A DNA stretch of 64,000 nt, taken from the NCBI GenBank assembly GCA_002410555.1, contig DHSR01000050.1, positions 9,761 to 73,760 on the forward strand, given 5' to 3'. The notes below the pieces were generated by a model. It was not told the origin of the DNA. It saw only the letters and a list, made by a program, of their open reading frames with translations, and did no database searches. Numbering within the stretch: position 1 is the stretch's first letter; each line of letters begins with the position of its first letter. Made by a program: the position numbers and the translations under genes. This DNA is from Bacteroidales bacterium UBA5281 (GTDB lineage Bacteria; Bacteroidota; Bacteroidia; Bacteroidales; Lentimicrobiaceae). This document shows, piece after piece, positions 54,000-61,600 of this stretch.

Positions 54000-54930
54000 G
54001 CAAACAACACAAACGGTATCAAAATTGAGTGATAGCCAGGTTGCCGAAATGATAGGGAGCTTTAAAACCCGGGGAGAAAGCAATTTTAAAAGTGGCGAAG
54101 TAGTAGATATTGAAGAAGCCTTATGGTATATTGCAACAACAACCAACTACACTTACAGCGATCTTTCGGCTGAAAATGAAAAAACATGGGTTGATACCTG
54201 TTTGATTAACATTGCATTAACCAATAACAAAGTCAGCCTTACCGAAGTGTATGCCAAGTACGAACTCCTTATTGAGAACCTTAGGGCATTCTATGGTGCC
54301 AAAAACGAAGAAAACAAGCAATTTCTTACCGTAAGCATTGAACCTGTTTCGCGCGAAGGCAATAATCTCCTTTGTAAAGCAAGGGCTGTCTTTACTTATT
54401 CCCCTATTACAGGTGGTTATTTTAATTTTGATAATTCAACCTCATATTCTTTCTGGTATTATTGGCAATACAATGCTACATGTGATATACAATCCCCACT
54501 TGTGACAGATGCAGCTAATGAAACTCAAATAAGAATAATGCGAAGCAAGGGAACACTTCCTATCTATTATTATTACGAACCGGTAGCTTCAATACCTATT
54601 GATAATCCATTAGACTATCCTATTGATTCGTCAGCGCCTAACCCACATAACAATCGGTTTAGTCATTTATACTGGAACAGTAGCCAATACCCGAATTTTA
54701 ATGGATGTATTCCACCTGATGATCTCAACTTTTACCTTATTAAAACTAAGGAGCTCATAAATAACGAAGTCGGAAACGGCGGAATTAGGCCGGCAGGTAC
54801 AGGAATGATTGATATTTATATGAATGGTATAATCAAGACTGTTAATGCAAACTCAATCTTCTGCCATCAGGCAACCGTGAATTACGGCATTCTACGCCAG
54901 AGGCCCGACCCCAGATATAACCTGGAATAG
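53920..54930 (+). CDS. Module-2 surface lipoprotein, unknown function
   Basis: Lipobox VFYA-C22 followed by KKDQE, which resembles a surface-export signal. Confidence 0.85.
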   Translation: MKTRTISILLVLSLTVGVFYACKKDQEQTTQTVSKLSDSQVAEMIGSFKTRGESNFKSGEVVDIEEALWYIATTTNYTYSDLSAENEKTWVDTCLINIALTNNKVSLTEVYAKYELLIENLRAFYGAKNEENKQFLTVSIEPVSREGNNLLCKARAVFTYSPITGGYFNFDNSTSYSFWYYWQYNATCDIQSPLVTDAANETQIRIMRSKGTLPIYYYYEPVASIPIDNPLDYPIDSSAPNPHNNRFSHLYWNSSQYPNFNGCIPPDDLNFYLIKTKELINNEVGNGGIRPAGTGMIDIYMNGIIKTVNANSIFCHQATVNYGILRQRPDPRYNLE

Positions 54931-54939
54931 ATAATCTTG

Positions 54940-54980
54940 CTACACTCGGATGATTCGTTACTTAAATCATCCGAGTGTAG
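54940..54980 (+). other. Perfect 16-bp intergenic stem-loop
   Basis: ctacactcggatgatt-cgttactta-aatcatccgagtgtag. Confidence 0.9.
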
Positions 54981-55063
54981 TAAAATTCTTATTAGGACAC
55001 TTATTGGTAAGACATTTATTACAATCTATTTTGATTAAAGCTAAACAACTTAGACCACAACTT

Positions 55064-56548
55064 ATGAGAATTCTTTATTTGTTTTTTATGATATGTTTTT
55101 CATTCTCTTCGGCACATAGCCAGAATGGTTTTACGACTATTTATGGTGATCATGACGTGAACCTGCCTTTGAGTGTTAAAGAAATAGGAGAGAATTATTA
55201 TATAGCAACAGCTTCATGCGATGGCCCATTTACTCCTGATAACAAAGCTTCAATAGCTAAAATGAATAAGTTTGGAGAAATTGTTAGTGAAAAATTATTC
55301 ATAACAGGTGCAAGGCAATATTACCCAATTAAAAAAATTTACCCACTGAATGAAACTGAATTTCTTCTTTTGGGTAGTTATCGTGAAAATGACACAAGCA
55401 ATTCGGCAATATGGGTTTTGAAAATGGATACCTTGTTAAATGTATTGTGGGAAAAGAAGATTCCAGTTGAAAAAAAATATGTTGAAAGGATTTGTTATAC
55501 AATTAACGATTCAGGTAATATTGTAATGGGTGTGACGATTTGCACCGACCCTCCCAATTTTAATTTCTCAATACTTTTTCTTGAAATAACCATGGAAGGT
55601 AATGTTGTTCGCATTAGAAATGAAGCTACTGGAAGTCCATCTTATTCTATGATTTATTCATTAATCAGAAAAAGTGACGGGTACTATGCATTCGCTGATG
55701 GGTTCGCCTCTTATATGCCAATACCGATCACAAGTCCTACACAAAGGCTCGATTTAGATGATGATTTCAATATTGTAAATGTACATACCCTCCCTATGGG
55801 GATTGACCTCTATATGACTGCGCATAAACTTAATGAGCAAACCTATCTTCTTACAGGAGTTGTATATATCGTAGGGTCATACCATGATATTGGGATTCAA
55901 AAAACAGACACTTCCAATACTGTTCTGGCTTCAAACCATTCGGGGGTACCTGGAGAATTTCCAGATTATCCGGCATGGTTTGAAAGTATGGCACTTAATG
56001 ATAAAAATAACATTTATACCGGAGGTACAGGATATGTAGGGATGAGTTTTACGCAGTGCAACCTTACTTACCCTCAGGTATTTTTACTGAGCAATTACGA
56101 CAGCCTGTTAAACTGTAGGTGGACCAGATATTATGGTAGCGACACAGCCTGCTACTATATGATGACTATGGATGCCACTGATGACGGAGGTTGTATTATG
56201 GCAGGAACCATACTGTCGCCCAATTCAAATCCAAACCAGACTGATGTAATTATTATTAAGGTTGACAGCGAGGGGCTAATTACTTCAAGCAATAAACAAG
56301 ATACCAGAGTTATGCAGGCTATGGTTTATCCTAACCCCGGCAATGATTACCTGTTTGTGCAAACCGGGCCTCAAAACATAGGAGCAAATTTTATGCTCAT
56401 AGATATTGCCGGGCAAAAACTGTTAGAACAAATTGTGAATGAAGCAACACAACAAATCCCAACAAATACCCTGCCCCCTGGCACTTACTTCTGGACATTA
56501 AACAAAGGAAACATGCTTATTGAATCCGGAAAATGGATCAAACAATAA
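55064..56548 (+). CDS. Module-2 T9SS type A CTD protein, probable beta-propeller
   Basis: Start reassigned to ATG 55064 (MRILYLFF… signal peptide). ATDDGGC motif and CTD VYPNP…GTYFW…SGKWIKQ. Confidence 0.85.
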   Translation: MRILYLFFMICFSFSSAHSQNGFTTIYGDHDVNLPLSVKEIGENYYIATASCDGPFTPDNKASIAKMNKFGEIVSEKLFITGARQYYPIKKIYPLNETEFLLLGSYRENDTSNSAIWVLKMDTLLNVLWEKKIPVEKKYVERICYTINDSGNIVMGVTICTDPPNFNFSILFLEITMEGNVVRIRNEATGSPSYSMIYSLIRKSDGYYAFADGFASYMPIPITSPTQRLDLDDDFNIVNVHTLPMGIDLYMTAHKLNEQTYLLTGVVYIVGSYHDIGIQKTDTSNTVLASNHSGVPGEFPDYPAWFESMALNDKNNIYTGGTGYVGMSFTQCNLTYPQVFLLSNYDSLLNCRWTRYYGSDTACYYMMTMDATDDGGCIMAGTILSPNSNPNQTDVIIIKVDSEGLITSSNKQDTRVMQAMVYPNPGNDYLFVQTGPQNIGANFMLIDIAGQKLLEQIVNEATQQIPTNTLPPGTYFWTLNKGNMLIESGKWIKQ

Positions 56549-56586
56549 CACTTGAACGAGAAACAACATCAATAAATAAACTGAAT

Positions 56587-58023
56587 ATGAAAAGCAAAGT
56601 AAAGAAATCAGCGTTTTTTTTAGCCATTCTCGTGTTCTTAGCAAATTATAGCTATGGTCAGTTGAATGGTTTTGTTTTAACACCCTCGGGGACAACCAAT
56701 AATTTTATGAAATATGTCCCTATGATTCAGCCATACAATGGAACAAACTACATTACAGCTTTTTTAACACTCTCGGCTTATCAGGTACAGATGGGTTCAA
56801 ATTATGATCCCGGAATGCCAGTTCAAAAATTACAAATGCAGGGCGGTAACATACTACTTTGCAAAACATTTAACTCGGTAAGCACGCCAGATTTTAATCC
56901 AACCTCAAAAAATGGGGCTATACTGTTCTCTGATGTTGTTACCAATACCTATAAACATGGAAAATGGGGAATTGAATACGACAACCAATACAGTACCGGT
57001 GGACTAAACTTTTTTAATCCTGTTTCGCAACTTACTTCATCCAGGATAAATTTTAACCTGTTTATACGCAACGATGGTTATGTAGGTGTAGGTACCGGAA
57101 TCCCCCAGGCTAAACTCCATGTTGAAGGAAATTCTTTTTTCAGGGATCAAATGGTAATAGGAACTCCTTCACTGCCTGCACGACTTGATTTGTTTGGGGC
57201 AATTTCTGTCAGCAGTTTACAAAGTCTAAAGGGTTATCGGTTGGTAGCCGCCGACGAAAACGGACGTTTAATGGCTATTGAAGATAGTGAGGTTCCGGGT
57301 GATAACCTCGGAAATCACATAGCTACACAAAATTTATCACTAGGCGAGTATGGGTTAACATACACTACGAACAATGAGGCAGCCCTCAAAATAACAAAAA
57401 CCAATGATATTTATATTGCGAAAAATCTGGCAGTAAATGAAAATATTGCGGTAAAGGGCGGCCTTTATGGTTATTCGCCTGCTGGTGGTGAAAATTGGAA
57501 TAAACTTCAGATTTTCGGAAGTTCACTACCGGATGCAGCGAAAATAGAAGTCTGCGATGGTTCTGGTGATAACTGGCGGAGTATAAAATTTTTGGTTCAG
57601 GGTGGAACGGCAGATTATCAATTCTCCATAAACAGTAAAATGACGATGCGTATCCGGTCTAATAAAATTGAGATGGGCTCTGATGAAATCCCGACCGCAC
57701 TAAACGTATATGGAATTGTAAATGCCCGGGAAGTTAAGGTAAGTTTAGGAAGCTGGTCAGATTATGTGTTTGAACCAGGATATAATCTGCGTAAATTATC
57801 AGATGTTGAAGATTTTATTCTTACCCATGGTCATCTTCCTGAAATTCCTTCCGCTTCATCCGTGATAGAAAATGGTGTAAACCTGGGTGAAATGGATGCA
57901 TTGTTGCTTAAAAAGATTGAGGAATTGACATTGTATGTGATAGAACTTCAAAAGAATAACGAGCAAATGAGCACAGAAATCGAGAATCTGAAAACACTTG
58001 TTACTTCATCAAAAAACCAATAA
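56587..58023 (+). CDS. Secreted tail-fibre-like protein with C-terminal S74-like chaperone/coiled-coil domain
   Basis: Signal peptide from ATG 56587, GYVGVGTGIPQAKLHVEG, GDNLGNH, WSDYVF…HLPEIPSA…LLKKIEELTLY. Confidence 0.78.
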   Translation: MKSKVKKSAFFLAILVFLANYSYGQLNGFVLTPSGTTNNFMKYVPMIQPYNGTNYITAFLTLSAYQVQMGSNYDPGMPVQKLQMQGGNILLCKTFNSVSTPDFNPTSKNGAILFSDVVTNTYKHGKWGIEYDNQYSTGGLNFFNPVSQLTSSRINFNLFIRNDGYVGVGTGIPQAKLHVEGNSFFRDQMVIGTPSLPARLDLFGAISVSSLQSLKGYRLVAADENGRLMAIEDSEVPGDNLGNHIATQNLSLGEYGLTYTTNNEAALKITKTNDIYIAKNLAVNENIAVKGGLYGYSPAGGENWNKLQIFGSSLPDAAKIEVCDGSGDNWRSIKFLVQGGTADYQFSINSKMTMRIRSNKIEMGSDEIPTALNVYGIVNAREVKVSLGSWSDYVFEPGYNLRKLSDVEDFILTHGHLPEIPSASSVIENGVNLGEMDALLLKKIEELTLYVIELQKNNEQMSTEIENLKTLVTSSKNQ

Positions 58024-58025
58024 AC

Positions 58026-58460
58026 ATGAAAGGCTTTATCATTTCGCTATGTATTTGCCTTCTGTTTCCTTTGGCAATAATGGCTCAAACAAGCATAGTA
58101 TTTGAATATGACGATGCGGGCAATAGGGTAAAGCGCACCATTTTTACTTTTAAAATGAGTGAAGCGGACTCAACCTTAACCGAATCCGGCACTCCTAAAC
58201 AAGATGAAAACCCGGCTGCTCAAAGAATTGCAGTTTACCCTAACCCCACCGATGGATTGGTAAATATAGATTTTAACCTGCCACCGGAACCCAAAGCCTA
58301 TTACGTACTAACTGCCATTAACGGAGCCCAGGTAGAGCAGGGTAATCTTACCGCTACTACTCAAACACAGTTGAATCTAATGAATCTGGGTAAAGGAACT
58401 TACATTCTGCATGTGGTAAGCGGCGACGATAAGGAAAAATTTAAGATTGTGAAACAGTAA
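58026..58460 (+). CDS. Small secreted protein: single YD-type hairpin plus T9SS type A CTD
   Basis: Signal peptide, FEYDDAGNRVKR and VYPNPT…GTYIL…FKIVKQ. Confidence 0.85.
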   Translation: MKGFIISLCICLLFPLAIMAQTSIVFEYDDAGNRVKRTIFTFKMSEADSTLTESGTPKQDENPAAQRIAVYPNPTDGLVNIDFNLPPEPKAYYVLTAINGAQVEQGNLTATTQTQLNLMNLGKGTYILHVVSGDDKEKFKIVKQ

Positions 58461-58677
58461 GAATCCTCACATATTTGTAAAGTCAATTTGTCTTCAGATG
58501 CGGCAAAAAGGAATAAACTTAATTGTGAAGGCTCAAACAGAGATTGTATCTCATTAATTGGAATCTATTTATCAGCATTTACAACCATTTTTTAAAGCCA
58601 GCTGAAGCCAGTAGAATCTAAAAAACAAGAAAACACAAAGCGGGGCTAGCGTGAAGCCCCACAAAAAATATATTGAT

Positions 58678-61600
58678 ATGAAAAACATCATCCTTACTTT
58701 ATCTGCGTTTTTGCTTATTGGTGCTTCAGGTGCCCAGATACTTATTGATAAAGAAATTCCCGGTAACATTACAAAAATAATTACTGCCCCGGAATATATA
58801 AGGATGATGCCGGGCTTTGAATATAAACCCGTTTCACAGAACTATTTCAGGGCATATATTGATGAAAATGCAAGTACCATCCTGCCCGTTACCTATCAGG
58901 AATATATTGATCCCGAAAAACGCGAACTTGACTTTGATTTACCAGTGGGTTCAACTGATGGGGTGGCATCTGTTTCACTTACAGGGGCTGCAACTTACAC
59001 CATTCCTATCTTTTCTCCGCCTGGCACTGCCGGTATGCAGCCTTCGCTCTCACTGGCTTACAGCAGCCAGGCAGGAAACGGAATTGCCGGGTATGGATGG
59101 AATTTGGCGGGATTGAGTGCGATAACAAGAACAGGCCTCACTATTTATCACGATGACCGTGTTGAAGGTATTGACTTCGACGATGACCGTTTTGCGCTTG
59201 ATGGGCAAAGGTTGATAAAATCATTTAAAAGCGAGCAATATGGCGCAGATGGGACAAGGTATTTCACTGAAATTTTTAATGGAAGCAGAATTATCTCGCA
59301 CGGCTCAATAGGTAATGGCCCAGCATGGTTTAAAGTTATAGGGAACGATGGAAGTATTATTGAATATGGTAAAACAAATAATTCCCGACTAACAAGCCAA
59401 CGACCTGACCAAACCACAATTACATGGTACATTAACAAGATTACTGACCCCAATGGAAATTATATACAGTTTATCTACGATAAGAAAGCTCTTGAAATAA
59501 ACATAAAAGAGATAAAATATACGGGTAACGATGAAGCCTCGCCTGCAATTGAGCCTTATAATTCAATTAAGTTCTATTATAGCGACCGAACCGATAATTC
59601 TACTGCATTTGTTTCAGGATCAAGATTAGAACAAACCTTGCTCCTTGATCATATTGATGTGGTTAGTGAGAAGAACATTGTTAAATCCTACATTCTAAAG
59701 TATTTCTACGACTTTTATTCAAAACTAAATGAGGTTGAGGAATTTGGTTCTGATGGGGCCCATTACAATTCAATAGTTTTTGGGTATGATAATAGTGTTT
59801 ATTCAAATTCCGTTAATAATACAAAATTATCATCTAAAGATAATATCATTATGTTTGTTGATTTTAATAACGATGGATTAGCTGATATCTTTAAAGGAGG
59901 CTCTAGTGGTACAAATGAAAAGTCATGGGAAATTCACATAAATCAAGGGGAAGATCCAAGATTTAATAATGAACCTGATTTTAGTGGTAATCTGCTGAAT
60001 TCCCGTGATCATAAAATTGTTCCGATCGATTTTGATGGAGATGGCTTTATGGATATTCTTATATATTCGATCTATTCTAGTGTTTTGTTTGGCGATGAAT
60101 ACTGCGATCTTGATCTTCTTCACAATACTGGAAGTGATTTTGTTACTTATCATTTACTCGACGAAAGTGATTTACATGGTTGGTGGTTTGATAATTTCAA
60201 TACAGAGATTCGTGTTTTGGATATGGATGGTGATAATAAAGATGAATTTATATTGTGGATAAGTGGGGAATGGATGGGTAGTTTGGACCACCTTGTATAT
60301 TTCTTTGAAATTCAGCAAACAAACAATACTATTGTTGCAAATAATCTTTTTTTTAAGGAATATTTGTATTCAGGATTCCAACCTACAAACATCTTAGCTT
60401 TAGACCTAAATGGCGATAGTAAGGATGAGTTGTTAATTGTCAAAGAGGATGATAAATCAGAAATTTATGAATTTATAAAGGAGAACAACGTTATTCATTC
60501 AAGAAAAATATACGATAGTGGATTCCCTTCAAGCCATCACCATTTATTTGTTGGTGATTTTAATGGAGATGGACGAGTTGATTTATTATCACAAGTTCAA
60601 GACAACCAACATAAAACACATTGGTATCTTGCATATTGGCTTGACGGTGGTTTTGTTGAAAATGAAATTATCGACATCCTTCCTGAAAATAATGATCCTA
60701 CATTCTATAGTGTTGGTGATTTTAACGGTGATGGCAAAGCTGACCTTAGTTATTTGTACAACGAAAATATTAATGGTAACTATCGAGCTAGAAATAAAAT
60801 TTTTTATTCGTATAATGACTCCTTCAAATCATCCACAAATGAATTATTCATGTATTTTATCGGTGGAAGTTCTAACTGGCAAGTGCCTCCACAGCCATTC
60901 TCTTCATATTTATCTGATTTTGATGGTGATGGAATTTCAGATTTGGGATTTGGAGCAGCAGATTTTATCAGATGTGTTATTACAAAGCCTTGGGTAAATT
61001 ATAATACACTAAAAATGGTTGCTAACGGTTTTAATGCGAAAAGTCAATTTTTATACAATACATTAGCAAGTCAATCAATCTATTCAACAAATGGGCAATT
61101 GGATTATCCAGTCCGCCACTTTGTTTATCCATTAAAAGTTGTTGAATCACTGGCAACAGATAATGGTTTAGGCGATTTTAATACATTGACATATAATTAT
61201 GGAAATGGAATAGTCCACTTGGAAGGAAAAGGCTTTTTAGGTTTCCAGAAATTTCAAACAACTTCTTCAATTTCTCCAGTTCGATCAACTTCAATGTTTG
61301 CAATACATCCGACTTATTATTTTTTGCAACCTGAGCAAACATTTTCTTATAAAAGCATTTTGGGGCCTGATGTTCAAATACATAGAACAAATAGCGTAAA
61401 TCAGGTAAAGACAGGATTTGAATTAACCAATAAAGTATTTTTACCCTGGCAGTCGCTGGTTACAGAAAAAGATTTTGCCACGGGTAACAAACAAACAACT
61501 GAGGTAACCATTGATAACTATGGCAATCCACTAACCCAGGAAGTGAAAATTTTTGATTCACATACTGCTACTACCGAAACAGCATCTAACTTAACCGAAT

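Noticed and set aside
56587..58023. Prophage
   Set aside because: Only a fibre-like gene with a signal peptide. No integrase, capsid, terminase or lysis genes.
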